A stretch of 64,000 nt of DNA from the human T2T-CHM13v2.0 reference genome, Homo sapiens: the NCBI RefSeq assembly GCF_009914755.1, contig NC_060940.1; one strand, 5' to 3'. A program made the position numbers and the translations under genes. The notes beneath the pieces were generated by a model, which worked only from the letters and a program-made list of their open reading frames with translations, was not told the origin of the DNA and searched no databases. Below are positions 47,154 to 60,900 of the stretch, piece after piece (position 1 is the first letter of the stretch; every line of letters starts with the position of its first letter).

Positions 47154-49098
47154 ATTTATTTATTTATTTATTTATTTATTTTTGTTGATCATTCTTGAGT
47201 GTTTCTCGCAGAGGGGGATTTGGCAGAGTCATAGGACAATAGTGGAGGGAATTTCAGTAGATAAACAAGTGAACAAAGGTCTGTGGTTTTCCTAGGCAGA
47301 GGACCCAGCGGCCTTCCGCGGGTGTTTGTCTCCCTGGGTACTTGAGATTAGGGAGTGATGATGACTCTTAAGGAGCATGCTGCCTTCAAGCATCTGTTTA
47401 ACAAAGCACATCTTGCACAGCCCTTAATCCATTTAACCCTGAGTGGACACAGCACAAGTTTCAGAGAGCACAGGGTTGGGGGTAAGGTCATAGATCAACA
47501 GCATCCCAATGCAGAAGAATTTTTCTTAGTACAGAACAAAATGAAGTCTCCCATGTCTACTTCTTTCTACACAGACACAGCAACAATCTGATTTCTCTAA
47601 CTTTTCCCCACCTTTCCCCCTTTTCTATTCCACAAAACCACCATCATCATCATGGCCCGTTCTCAATGAGCTGTTGGGTCCACATCCCAGACGGGGTGGC
47701 GGCCGGGCAGAGGGGCTCCTCACTTCCCAGAAGGGGCGGCCGGGCAGAGGTGCCCCCCACCTCCAGGACAGGGTGGCTGGCCGGGCGGAGGTGCCCCCCA
47801 CTTCCCTCCCGGATGGGGCGGCTGGCCGGGCGGGGGCTGACCCCCCACCTCCCTACCAGATAGGGTGGCTGGCCGGGTGGGGACTGACCACCCACCTCCC
47901 TCCCGGACGGGGCGGCTGGCCGGGTGGGGGCTGACCACCCACCTCCCTCATGGACGGGGTGGCTGGCCGGGCAGGGGCTGACCCCCCATCTCCCTCCCAG
48001 ATGGAGTGGCTGGCTGGGCGGGGGCTGTCCCCCACCTCCCTCCCAGGCGGGGTGGCTGCCGGGTGGAGATGTTCCTCACTTCCCAGACGGGGTGGCTGCT
48101 GGGTGGAGGGGCTCTTCACATCTCAGACAGGGCAGCTGCTGGACAGAGGGGCTCCACACTTCTCAGATGGGGCAGCTGCTGGGCAGAGGGGCTCCTCACT
48201 TCTCAGGCGGGGTGGCTGCCGGGTGGAGGGGCTCCTCACCTCTCTAATGGGGTGGCCAGGCAGAGATGCTCCTCACCTCCCAGACGGGATTGCAGCTGGG
48301 CTGAGGCACTCCTCACATCCCACACGGGGTGGAGGGGCAGAGGTGCTCCCCACATCTCAGACGATGGGTGGCTGGGCAGAGATGCTCCTCACTTCCTAGA
48401 TGGGATGGCGGCCGGGAAGAGGCGCTCCTCACTTCCTAGACTGGGCAGCCGGGCAGAGGGGTTCCTCACATCCCAGATGACGGGTGGCCAGGCAGAGACA
48501 CTCCTCACTTCCAAGACGGGGTGGCGGCTTGGCAGAGGCTGCAATCTTGGCTCTTCGGGAGGCCAAGGCAGGCAGCTGGGAGGTGGAGGTTGTAGCCAGC
48601 CGAGATCATGCCACTGCACTCCAGCCTGGGCAACATTGAGCACTGAGTGAACGAGACGCCATCTGCAATCCCAGCACCTCGGGAGGCCAAGGCTGGCAGA
48701 TCACTCACGGTTAGCAGCTGGAGACCAGCCCGGCCAACACAGTGAAACCCTGTCTCCACCAAAAAAAATACGAAAACCAGTCAGGCGTGGCGGCATGCAC
48801 GTGCAATCGCAGGCACTCAGCAGGCTGAGGCAGGAGAATCAGGCAGGGAGGTTGCAATGAGCCGAGATGGCAGCAGTACAGTCCAGCTTCGGCTCGGCAT
48901 CAGAGGGAGACAGTGGAAAGAGAGGGAGAGGGAGGCCATGTGGAGATGGAGACAGAGGGAGAGGGAGAGGAAGAGGGAGAGGGAAAGGGAGACCGTGTGG
49001 AGATGGAGACAGAGGGAGAGGGAGAGGAAGAGGGAGAGGGAAAGGGAGACCGTGCAGAGAGGGAGACAGAGGGAGAGGGAGAGGGAGAGGGAGAGGGA
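47154..49098 (-). mobile_element. SVA, full length (~1.95 kb), older subfamily (most like SVA_C; B-D not excluded)
   Basis: (TTTA)n tail 47151-47183, SINE-R ~47184-47690, GC-rich VNTR ~47690-48540, Alu-like domain ~48540-48920, (AGAGGG)n hexamer to 49098. TSD TGAACATTT at 47145-47153 and 49099-49107. Extensive CpG decay. Confidence 0.96.
48941..49098. repeat. 57-bp tandem repeat (2 identical copies + 1 diverged partial) in the SVA hexamer head
   Basis: TGGAGATGGAGACAGAGGGAGAGGGAGAGGAAGAGGGAGAGGGAAAGGGAGACCGTG at 48941-48997 and 48998-49054; a related unit at 49055-49098. Confidence 0.93.
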
Positions 49099-52000
49099 TG
49101 AACATTTCTTTTCATACAGCAGTTTTGAAATACTCTTATTGTAGAATCTGCAAGTTAATATTTGGATAGATTTGAGGCTTTCGTTGGAAACGGGAATATC
49201 TTCTCATAAAAACTAAACAGAAGCATCCTCAGAAACTTCTGGTGATGCTTGAATTCAACTCACAGAGTTGAACATGGCTTTCCATAGAGCAGTTTTGAAA
49301 CACTCTTTCTGCAGAATCTTCAAGTTGACATTTGGATAGATATGAGGCTTTCATTGGAAACGGGAATATCTTCACATAAAAACTAGACAGAAGCATTCTC
49401 AGAGACTTCTTTGTGATGTTTGCATTCAACTGACAGAGTTGAACATTCCCTATCATAGAACAGTTCTGAAACACTCTTTTTCGAGTAACTGGAAGTGGAC
49501 ATTTGGAGCGCTTTGAGGCCTATGGTGGAAAAGGAAATATCTTCACATAAAAACTTCACAGAAGCATTCTCAGAAAATACTTTGTGATGTGTGTACTCAA
49601 CTCACAGAGCTGGACATTTCTTTTGATACAGCAGTTTTGAAACATTCTTTTTGTAGAATCTGCAAGTGGATATTTGGATAGCCTTGAGGCATTCGTTGGA
49701 AAAGGGAATATCTTCCCATAAAAACTAGACAGAAGCATTCTCAGAAACTTCTTTGTCATGCTTGCATTCAACTCACGGATTTGAACATTCCTTTTAATAG
49801 AGCAGCTTTGAAACACTCTTTTTGTAGAATCTGTAAGTGGAAACTTGGAGGGCTTTGAGGCCTATGGTGAAAAAGGAAATATCTTCCCATAAAAACTAGA
49901 CAGAAGAATTCTCAGAAACTTCTTTGTGATGTGTGCTCTCAAATCACAGAGTTGATCTTTTCTTTTGATAGAGCAGTTTTGAAACACTAGTTTTGTAGAG
50001 TCTGCAAGTGGGTATTTGGATAGCTTTGAGGATTTCTTTGGAAAAGGGAATATCTTCACATAAAAACTAGACAGAAGCATTCTCAGAAACTACTTTATGA
50101 TGTTTGGATTCAACTCACAGAGTTGAATACTCCCTTTCATAGAGCAGTTTTGAAACACACTTTTTGTAGAATCTGTAAGTGGAAACTTGGAGTGCTTTGA
50201 GGCCTGTGGTGAAAAAGGAAATATCTTTCCATAAAAACTAGACAAAAGAATTCTCAGAAACTTCTTTGTGATGTGTGTTCTCATCTCACAGAGTTGAGCT
50301 TTTCTTTTGATAGAGCAGTTTTGAAAAACTCTTTTTGCAGAGTCTGCAAGTGGATATTTGGCTAGCTGTGATGAATTCAATGGAAACGGGAATATCTTCA
50401 TGTAAAAACAAGACAGAAGCACTCTCAGAAACTTCTTTGTGAGGTTTGCATTCAACTGACAGATTTGAACATTCCCTATCATCGAACAGTTTTGAAACAC
50501 TCTTTTTGTAGTATCTGGAAGTGGACATTTCAAGCGCTTTGAGGCCTACGGTGAAAAAGGAAATATCTTCACATAAAAACTAGACAGAAGCATTCTCAGA
50601 AAATACTTTGTGATGTGTGTACTCAACTCACAGAGTTGAACATTTCTTTGGAACGGCAGTTTTGAAACATTCTTTTTGTAGAATCTGCAAGTGGATATTT
50701 GGATAGCCTTGAGGCTTTCGTTGGGAACGGGAATATCTTCAAACAAAAACTAAACAGAAGCATTCTCAGAAGCTTCTTTGTGATGCTTGCATTCAACTCA
50801 CAGATTTGAACATTCCTTTTAATAGTGCAGCTTTGAAACACTCTTTTTGTAGAATCTGTAAGTGGAAACTTGGAGAGCTTTGAGACCTATGGTGAAAAAG
50901 GAAATATCTTCCCATAAAAACTAGACAGAAGAATTCTCAGAAACTGCTTTGGGATGTGTGTTCTCAACTCACAGAGGTGCGCTTTTCTTTTGATAGAGCA
51001 GATTGAAACACTCTTTTTGTAGAGTCTGCAATTGGATATTTGGATAGCTTTGAGGATTTCGCTGGAAACGGGAATATCTTCACATAAAAACTAGACAGAA
51101 TCATTCTCAGGAACTTCTTTATGAAGTTTGATTTCAACTCAAAGAGTTGAACACTCCCTTTCATAGGGCAGTTTTGAAACACACTTTTTCTACTATGTGG
51201 AAGTGGACATTTGGAGCTCTTTGAGGCCTATGGTGAAAAAGGAAATATCTTCACATAAAAACAAGACAGAAGCATTCTCTGAAACTTCTTTGCGGTGTAT
51301 GTACTCAACTCACAGAGTTGAACATTTCTTTTGACACAGCGGTTTTGAAACTCTCTTTTTGTAGAGTCCGCAAGTTGATATTTGGATAGCTTTGAGGCTT
51401 TCGTTGGAAATGGGAGTATCTTCACATAAAAACTAGACAGAAGCATTCTCAGAAACTTCTTTGTGATGCTTGCATTCAACTCGCAGAGTTGAACATTCCT
51501 TTTCATAGAGCAGTTTTGAAACACTCTTTTTGAAGTATCTGAAACTGGAAATTTTAGCGCTTTGGGGCCTATGGTGAAAAAGAAATATCTTCCCATAAAA
51601 AATAGACAGAAGAATTCTCAGAAATTACTTTGTGATGTTTGCATTCAACTCACAGAGTTGAATATTCCCTTTCATAGAGCAGTTTTGAAACACTCTTTTT
51701 GTAGTATCTCGAAGTGGACATTTGAGCGCTTTGAGGCCTATGGTGAAAAAGGAAATATCTTTTCACATAAAAACCAGACAGAAGCATTCTCAGAAACTAC
51801 TTTGAGATGTGTGCACTCACCACACAGAGTTGAACATTTCTTTTGATACAGCTTTTTTGAAAGATTCTTTTTGTAGAGTCTGCAAGTGGATATTTGGATA
51901 GCCTTGAGGCTTTCGTTGGAAACGGGAATATCTTCCCATAAAAACAAGACAGAAGCATTCTCAGAAACTTCTTTGTGATGCTTGCATTCAACTCACAGAT

Positions 52001-54999
52001 TTGAACGTTCGTCTTAATAGAGCAGCTTTGAAACACTCTTTTTGTAGAATCTGTAAGTGGAAACTTGGAGAGCTTTGTGACCTATGGTGAAAAAGGAAAT
52101 ATCTTCCCATAAAAACTAGACAGAAGAATTCTCAGAAACTTCTTCGTGTTGTGCATTCTCAACTCACAGAGTTGAGCTTTACTTTTGATAGAGTAGTTTT
52201 GAAACACTATTTTTGTAGAGTATGCAAGTGGATATTTGGATAGCTTTGAAGATTTCGTTGGAAATGGGAATATCTTCACATAAAAACTAGACAGAAGCAT
52301 TCTTAGGAGCTTCTTTATGATGTTTGCTTTCAACTCACAGAGCTGAACATTCCCTTTCATAGGGCAGTATTGAAACTCTCTTTTTGTACTATCTGGAAGT
52401 GGACATTTAGAGCGCTTTGAGGCCTATGGTGAAAAAGGAAATATCTTCACATAAAAAGTAGACAGAAGCATTCTCAGAAACTTCTTTGCGATGGGTGTAC
52501 TCAACTCACAGAGTTGAACATTTCTTTTGACACAGCGGTTTTGAAACTCTCTTTTTGTAGAATCTGCCAGTTGATATTAGGATAACTTTGAGGCTTTTGT
52601 TGGAAATGGGAATATCATCACATAAAAACTAGAGAGAAGCATTCTCTGAAACTTCTTTGTGATGTTTTGATTGAACTCACAGAGCTGAATGTGCCTTTTC
52701 ATAGAGCAGCTCTGAAACACTCTTTTTGCAGTATCTGGAAGGGGACACTTGATGGGCCTTTGGGCCTATGGTGAAAAAGGAAATATCTTCACATAAAAAC
52801 TAGGCAGAAGCATTCTCTGAAACTTCTTTGTGATGTTTCGATTCAACTCACAGAGTTGAACATACCCTTTCATAGAGCAGTTCTGAAACACTCTTTTTAT
52901 AGTATCTGGAAGGGGACAATTGGTGCGATTTTTTGCCTATCTTGAAAAAGGATATATCTTCACGTAAAAACTAGGCAGAAGCATTCTCAGAAACTTCTTT
53001 GTGATGTGTGTACTCAACTTACGGAGTTGAACCTTTCTTTGGATGCAGCAGTATTGAAACACACTTTTTGTAGTATCTGCAAGTGGATATTTTGTTATCT
53101 ATGAGGCTTTCGTTGGAAATGGGAATATCTTCTCATAAAAACTAAACAGAAACATTCTCAGAAACTTCTTTATGATGCTTGCATTCAACTCACGGAGTTG
53201 AATATTCCTTTTCATAGAGCAGTTTTGAAACACTCTTTTTGTAGAATCTGTAAGTGGAAGCTTGGAGCGCTTTGAGGCCTATGGTGAAAAAGGAAATATC
53301 TTCCCATAAAAACTAGATGGAAGAATTCTCACAAACTTCCTTGTGATGTGTGCTCTCAACTGACAGAGTTGATCTTTTCTTTTGATAGAGCGGTTTTGAA
53401 ACACTAGTTTGTAGAGTCTGCAAGTGGATATTTGGATTACCTTTGAGGATTTCATCGGAAACTGTTATATTTTCACATAAAAACTAGACAGAAGCATTCT
53501 CAGAAACTTCTTTGTTATGTTTGGACTCAACTCACAGAGTTGAATATTCCCTTTCATAGAGTAGTTTTGAGACACCCTTTTTGTAGTATCTGGAAGTGGA
53601 CATTTGGAGCGCTTTGTGGCCTATGGTGAAAAAGGAAATATTTTCACATTAAAAACTAGACAGAACCATTCTCACAAACTACTTTGTGATATCTGTACTC
53701 AACCCACAGAGTTGAACTTTTATTTGATACAGCAGTTATGGAAGATTCTTTTTGTAGTATCTGCAAGGGGATATTTGGATAGCTTTGAGGACTTCCTTGC
53801 AAATGAGAATATCTTCTTATATAAACAAACAGAAGCATTCTCAGGAACTTCTTTATCATGTTTGTTTTCAACTCACAGAGTTGAACATTCCATTTCATAG
53901 GGCAGTTTTGAAATAATCTTTTTGTGCTGTCTGGAAACGAACATTTGGAGGGCTTTGAGGTCTATGGTGAGAAAGGAAATATCTTCACATAAAAACTAGA
54001 CAGAAGCATTCTCAGAAACTTCTATGAGATGTGTGTACTCAACTCAGAGAGTTGAACATATCTTTTAATACAGCAGTTTTGAAACTCTCTTTGTGTAGAA
54101 TCTGCAAGTTGATATTAGGATAACTTTGAGGCTTTCTTTGGAAAAGGGAATATCTTCACATAAAAACTACACAGAAGCATTCTCTGAAACTTCTATGTGA
54201 TGTTTCGATTGAATGCACAGATCTGAACATGCCTTTTCATAGAGCAGTTCTGAAACACTCTATTTGTAGTAACTGGAAGGGGACACTTTGTGAGCTTTTG
54301 GGCCTTTGGTGAAAAAGGTAATATCTTCACGTAAAAACTAGGCAGAAGCAATCTCAGAAACTAGTTTGTGATGTAGGTACTCAACTAACGGAGTTGAACC
54401 TTTCCTTGTATACAGCAGTATTGAAACACTCTTTTTGAAGTATCTGCAAGTGGGTGTTTTGTTAGCTTTGAGGATTTCGTTGGAAACGGGAAAATATTCA
54501 TATAAAAACGAAACAGAAGCATTCTCAGAAACTTCTTTTTGATGCTTGCATTCAACTCACAGAGTTGAACATTCATTTTCATAGAGCAGTTTTGAAACAC
54601 TCTTCTTGAAGAATCTGTAAGTGGATGCTTGCAGCGCTTTGAGGCCTGTGTTGAAAAAGGTAAGAATCTTCCGATGAAAATTACGCAGAAGAATTCTAAC
54701 AAATTTCTTTGTGATGTGTGTTCCCAACTCACAGATTTGATATTTTCGTTTCATAGAGCAGTTTTGAAACACTAGTTTTGTAGAGTCTGCAAGTGGATAT
54801 TTTGGTAGCTTTGAGGATTTATTTGGAAAAGGGAATATCTTCACATAAAAAGTACACAGAAGCATTCTCAGAAACTTCTTTGTGATGTTTGGACTCAACT
54901 AACCGATTTGAATATTCCCTTTCATAGAGCACTTTTGAAACACTCTTTTTGGAGTATCTGGAAGAGGACATTTGGAGCGATTTGAGGCCTATGGTGAAA

Positions 55000-57900
55000 A
55001 AGGAAATATCTACCCAAGAAAAGTAGACAGAAACATTCTCAGAAACTTGTTTGTGATATGTGTACTCAACTAACACAGTTGAACCTTTCATTTGATAGAG
55101 CAGTTTTGAAACACTCTTTTTGTAGAATCTGCAAGTGGACACTTGGATAGCTTTGAATATTTCGTTGGAAACGGGAATATCTTCATATAAAAGTAGACAG
55201 AAGCATTCTCAGGAACTTCTTTGTGATATTTGCATTCAAGCCACAGAGTTGAACATTCCCTTTCATAGTGCAGGTTTGAAACACTCTTTTTGTAGTATCC
55301 GGAAATGGACATTTGGAGCACAATGAGGCCTATGGTGAAAAGGAAATATCTTCCCATAAAAACTAGACTGAAGCATTCTCAGAAACTTCTTTGTGATGTG
55401 TGAACTCAACTAACAAAGTTGAAACTTTCTTTAGATAGAGCAGTATTGAAACACTCTTTGTGTAGAATCTGAAATTGGATATATAGATAGCTTACAGGAT
55501 TTAGTTGGAAAAGGGAATATCTTCATATAAAATCTAGACAGAAGCATTCTGAGAATCATCTTTCTGATGTTTGCATTCAAGTCACAGAGTTGAACATTCC
55601 TTTTCATAGAACAGGTTTGAAACACTCTTTTTGTAGTATCAGGAAGTGGACATTTGGAGCGCTCTGAGGCCGATGGCGAAAAAGGAAATCTATTCCCATA
55701 AAAACTAGACAGAAGCATTCTGAAAAACGTGTATTTGATGTGTGTACTCAACTAACAGAGTTGAACCTTTCTTTTGATAGAGCAGTTTTGAAATACTCTT
55801 TTTGTAGAATCTCCAAGTGGATATTTGGATAGCTTTGAGGATTACGGTGGAAACGGGAATATCTTAATATAAAAAGTGGACAGAAGCATTGTCAGAAAAT
55901 CCTTTGTGATGTTCTGTATTCAAGTCACGGAGTTGAACATTCTCTTTCACAGAGCAGGTTTGAAACACACTTTTTGTAGTATCTGGAAGTGAACATTTGG
56001 AGCGCATTGAGGCCTATGCTGAAAAAGGAAATATCTTCCCATAAAAACTAGCCAGAAGCATTCTCAGAAACTTGTTTGTGATGTATGTACTCATCTAACA
56101 GAGTTGAACCTTTCTTTTGATAGAGCAGTTTTGAAACACTCTTTTTGTAGAATCTGCAACTGGATATTTGGATAGCTTTGAGGATTTCCTTGGAAACGGG
56201 AATATCTTCATATAAAATCTACATAGAAGCATTCTCAGAAACATCTTTGTGATTTTTGCATTCAAGTCACAGAGTTGAACATTCCCTTTCATAGAGCAGG
56301 TTTGAAACACTCTTTTTGTAGTATCTGGAAGTGGACATTTGGAGCGCATTGAGCCCTACAATGAAAAAGGAAATATCTTCCCTTAAAAACTAGACAGAAG
56401 TGTTCTCAGAAACTTGTTTATGATGTGTGCACTCAGCAAACGGAGTTCAACCTTTCTTTGATAGAGCAGTTTTGAAACACTCTTTTTGTAGAATCTGCAA
56501 GTGCATATTGAGATAGCTTTGAGGATTTCGTTGGAAACGGGAATATCTTAATGTAAACTGTAGACAGAAGCATTTTGAGAAAAATCTTTGTGATGCTTGC
56601 ATTCAAGTCACAGAGTTGAACATTCCCTTTCATAGAGCAGGTTTGAAACCCTCTTTTTGTAGTATCTGGAATTGGACATTTGGTGCGCTATGAGGCCAAT
56701 GGTGAAAAAGGAAATATCTTCACATAAAAACTAGACAGAGGCATTATCAGAAACTTCTATGTGATGTGTGTACTCATCTCAGAGGTTTGAACATTGCTTT
56801 TTTACAGTGGTTTTGAAGCTCTCTTTTTGTAGAATCTACAAGTATATATTGGGATATCTTTGAGGCTTTCATTGGAAACGGGAATATCTTCACATAAAAA
56901 CTAGACAGAAGCATTCTCAGAAACTTCTTTGTGATGTGTGTACTCAACTGATAGAGTTGAAGCTTTCTTTTTATAGAGAAGTTTTGAAACACTCTTTTTG
57001 TAGATTCTGCAATTGGATATTTGGATAGTCTTGAGGATTTCATTGGAAACGGGAATATCTTCATATAAAAGTCAAACAGAAGCATTCTCAGAAACTTCTT
57101 TCTGATGTTTGCATTCAAGTCACAGAGTTGAACATTCCCTTTCACGGAGCAGGTTTCAAACAGTCTTTTTGTAGTATCTGGAAGTGGACATTTGGAGCGC
57201 TTTGAGGCCTATGGTGAAAAAGGAAATATATTCCCATAAAAACTAGACAGAAGGATTCTCTGAAACTTGTTTGTGATATGTGTACTCAATAATGGGAGTT
57301 GAACATTTCTTTTGATAGAGCAGTTGTCAAACACACTTTCAGTAAAAACTGCATCTGGATATTGGGATAGCTTTGAGGATTTCGTTGGGAACAGGAATTA
57401 CTTCATATAAAATCTAGACAGAAGCATTCTCGGAAACTACTATGTGATGTTTGCATTCAAGTCACAGAGTTTAACATTCCCTTTCATAGAGCAGGTTTGA
57501 AACACTCTTTTTATAGTATCTGGAAGTGGACATTTGGAGCACTTCGAGGCCAATGGTGAAAAAGAAGTATTCTCCCCATAAAAACTAGACAGAAGCATTC
57601 TCAGAAACTTGTTTCTGATGTGTGTACTCAACTAACAGAGTTGAACCTTTCTTTTGATAGAGCAGTTTTGAAACACTCTTTTTGTAGGTTCTGTAAGTGG
57701 ATATTTGGATAGATTTGAGGATTTCGGAGGAAACGGGAAAAACTTCATATAAAAAGGAGACAGAAGCATTTTAAGAAACTTCTTTGTGATGTTTGCATTC
57801 AAGTCCCAGAGTTGAACATTCCCTTCCATAGATCAGGTTTGAAACACTCTTTTTGTTGTATCTGGAAGTGGACATTTGGAGAGCTTTGAGGCCTATGTTG

Positions 57901-60900
57901 AAAAAGGAAACATCTTCCCATAAAAACTAGACAGAAGCATTCTCAGAAACTTGTTTGTCCTGTGTGTACTCAACTATCAGTTTTGAAGCTTTCTTTTAAT
58001 AAAGCAGTTTCCAACTCCCTTTTAGAAGAATCTGCAAGTGGATATTTGGATAGCTTTGAGGATTTATTTGGAAACGGGAATAGCTTCATATAAAATGTAG
58101 ACAGAAGTATTCTCGGAAACTACTTTGCGATGCTTGCATTCAAGTCACAGAGTTTAACATTCCCTTTCATAGAGCACGTTTGAAACACTCCTTTTATAGT
58201 ATCTAGAAGTGGACATTTGGAGCGCTTTGAGGCCTATGGTGAAAAATAAAAATTCTTCCCATAAAATCTAGACTGAAGCATTCTCAGAAACTTGTTCCTG
58301 ATGTGTACTCAACTAACAGAGTTGAACTTTTCTTTTGATAGGGCAGTTTTGAAACATCCTTTTTGTGGAATCTGCGATTGGATATTTGGATTGCATTGAG
58401 TATTTCGTTGGAAACGGGAATATCTCTATAAAAAAGAAGAAGCATTCTCAGAAACTTCTTTCTGATGTTTGCATTCAAGTCACAGAGATGAACATTCCCT
58501 TTCACAGAGCAGGTTTGAAACAGTCATTTTATAGTATCTGGAAGTGGACATTTGGATCGCTTTGAGGCCTATGGTGAAACAGGAAATATCTTCCCCTAAA
58601 ATCTAGACAGAGGAATTCTCCGAAACTTGTTTGGGATGTGTGAACTCAACTAACAGTGTTGAACTTTTTTTTGATAGAGCAGTTTTCAAACACTCTTTTT
58701 GTAAAATCTGCAAGTGGATATTTGGATAGCTTTGAGGATTTCATTGGAAACGGGATTATCTTCATATAAAAAGTAGACAGAAGAGTTCTCAGAAAAGTCG
58801 TTGTGACGTTTGCATTCAAGTACCAGAGTTCAACATTCCCTTTCACAGAGCAGGTTTGAAACATTCTTTTTATAGTATCTGGTAGTGGACATTTGGAGCG
58901 CCTTGAGGCCTTTGTTGGAATAGCAGACCTCTTCCCATAAAAACAAGACAGAAGCATTCTCAGAAACTTGTTTGTCATGTGTTTAATCAACTAACAGTGT
59001 TGAACCTTTCTTTTATTAGATCAGTTTTCAAATCTCTTTTAGAAGAATCTGCAAGTGGATATTTGGATAGCTCTGAGGACTTTGTTGGAAACGGGAATAG
59101 CTTCATATAAAATGTAGACAGAAGTATTCTCGGAAACTACTTTGTGATGTTTGCATTCAACTCACAGAGTTTAACATTCCCTTCCATGGAGCAGGATTGA
59201 AAACCTTTTTCTATAGTATCTGGAAGTGGATATTTAGAGCGCTTTGAGGCCTATGGTAAAAAATAAAAATTCTTCCCATAAAATCTAGACTGAAGCATTC
59301 TCAGAAACTTGTTTCTGATGTGTGTACTCAACTAACAGAGTTGAACCTTTTTTTTGATAGAGCAGTTTTGAAACACACTTTTTGTGGAATCTGCAAGTGG
59401 ATATTTGGATTGCTTTGAGGATTTCTTTGGAAAGGGGAATACATCTATATAAAAAGAAGAAGCATTCTCAGAAAATTCTTTCTGATGTTTGCATTCAAGT
59501 CACAGAGTTGAACATTTCATTTCACAGAGCAGGTTTGAAACAGACTTTTATAGTATCTGGAAGCAGACAGTTGGAGCGCTTTGAGGCCTATTGTGGAATA
59601 GGAAATCTCTTCCCATAAAAACTAGACAGAAGCATTCTCAGAACCTTGTTTGTCATGTGCCTAGTCAACTAACAGAGTTGAACCTTTCTTTTGATAGAGC
59701 CGATCTGAAACACTCTGTTTGTAGAATCTGCAAGTGGATATTTGGATAGATTTGAAGATATCGTTGGAAACGGGAATATCATCATATAAAATCTAGACAG
59801 ATGCATTCTCAGAAACTTCTTTATGATGATTGCATTCAAGTCACAGAGTTCAATATTCCCTTTCATAGAGCAGGTTTCAAACACTCTTTTTGTAGGATCT
59901 GGAAGTTGACATTTAGAGCGCTTTGAGGCCTACGGTGAAAAAGGAAATTTCTTCCCATAAAAAGTAGACAGAAGCATTCTCAGGAACTTTTTTGTGATGT
60001 GTGTACACAACTAACAGAGTTGACCCTTTCTTTTGAGAGAGCAGTTTTGAAACACTCTTCTTGTAGGATCTGCAAGTGGATATTTGGATAGCTTTGAGGA
60101 TTTCGGAGGAAACGGGAATATCTTTATATAAAAAGCAGACAGTAGCATTTTCAGAAACTTCTTTGTGATGTACGCATTCAAGTCCCAGAGTTGAACATTC
60201 CCTTCCGTGGAGCAGGTTTGAAACACTCTTTTTGTTGTATCTGGAAATGGACATTTGGAGCGCTTTGAGGCCTACGGTGAAAAAGGAAACATCTTCCCAT
60301 AAAAACTAGACAGAAGCATTCTCAGAAACTTGTTTGTCATCTGTGTACTCAACTAACAGTGTTGGAGCTTTCTTTTAATGAAGCAGTTTTCAAACTCTCT
60401 TTTAGAAGAATCTGCAAGTGGATATTTGGATAGCGTTGAGGATTTCGTTGGAAACGGGAATAGCTTCATATAAAATCTCGACAGAAGTATTCTCAGAAAC
60501 TACTTTGTGATGTTTGCATTCAAGTCACAGAGTTTAACAATACCTTTCATAGAGAAGGTATGAAACACTCTTTTGGTGGTATCTGGAAGTGGACATTTGG
60601 AGCGCTTGCGGCCTATGGTGAAAAATAAAACTTCTTCCCATAAAAACAAGACTGAAGCATTCTCAGAAACTTGTTCCTCATGAGTGTACTCAACTAATAG
60701 AGTTGAACCTTTCTTTTGATAGAGCAGATTCAAACACGATTTTGTGGAATCTGCAAGTGGATACTTGGATTGCTTTGAGGATTTCGATGGAAACGGGAAT
60801 ATCTCTATATAAAAAGAAGAAGCATCCTCAGAAACCTCTTTATGATGTTTGCATTCAAGTCACAGAGTTGAACATTCCCTTTCACAGAGCAGGTATGAAA

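Larger units (their letters stand above)
20934..55000 (+). repeat. Alpha satellite, forward orientation, mixed A-type and CENP-B-box (B-type) monomers, SF5 (R1/R2)-like; interrupted by two L1s and an SVA
   Basis: 171-bp units AAAAACTAGACAGAAGCATTCTCAGAAACTTCTTTGTGATG. B monomers (TTTCGTTGGAAACGGGA) and A monomers (CTATGGTGAAAAAGGAA) alternate irregularly. The right boundary is approximate. Confidence 0.95.

Noticed and set aside
47355-49169. GC-rich ORFs (RG/GR, PLPL, EGEG repeats; 214-aa ORF)
   Set aside because: Translations of the SVA SINE-R, VNTR, Alu-like and hexamer domains.
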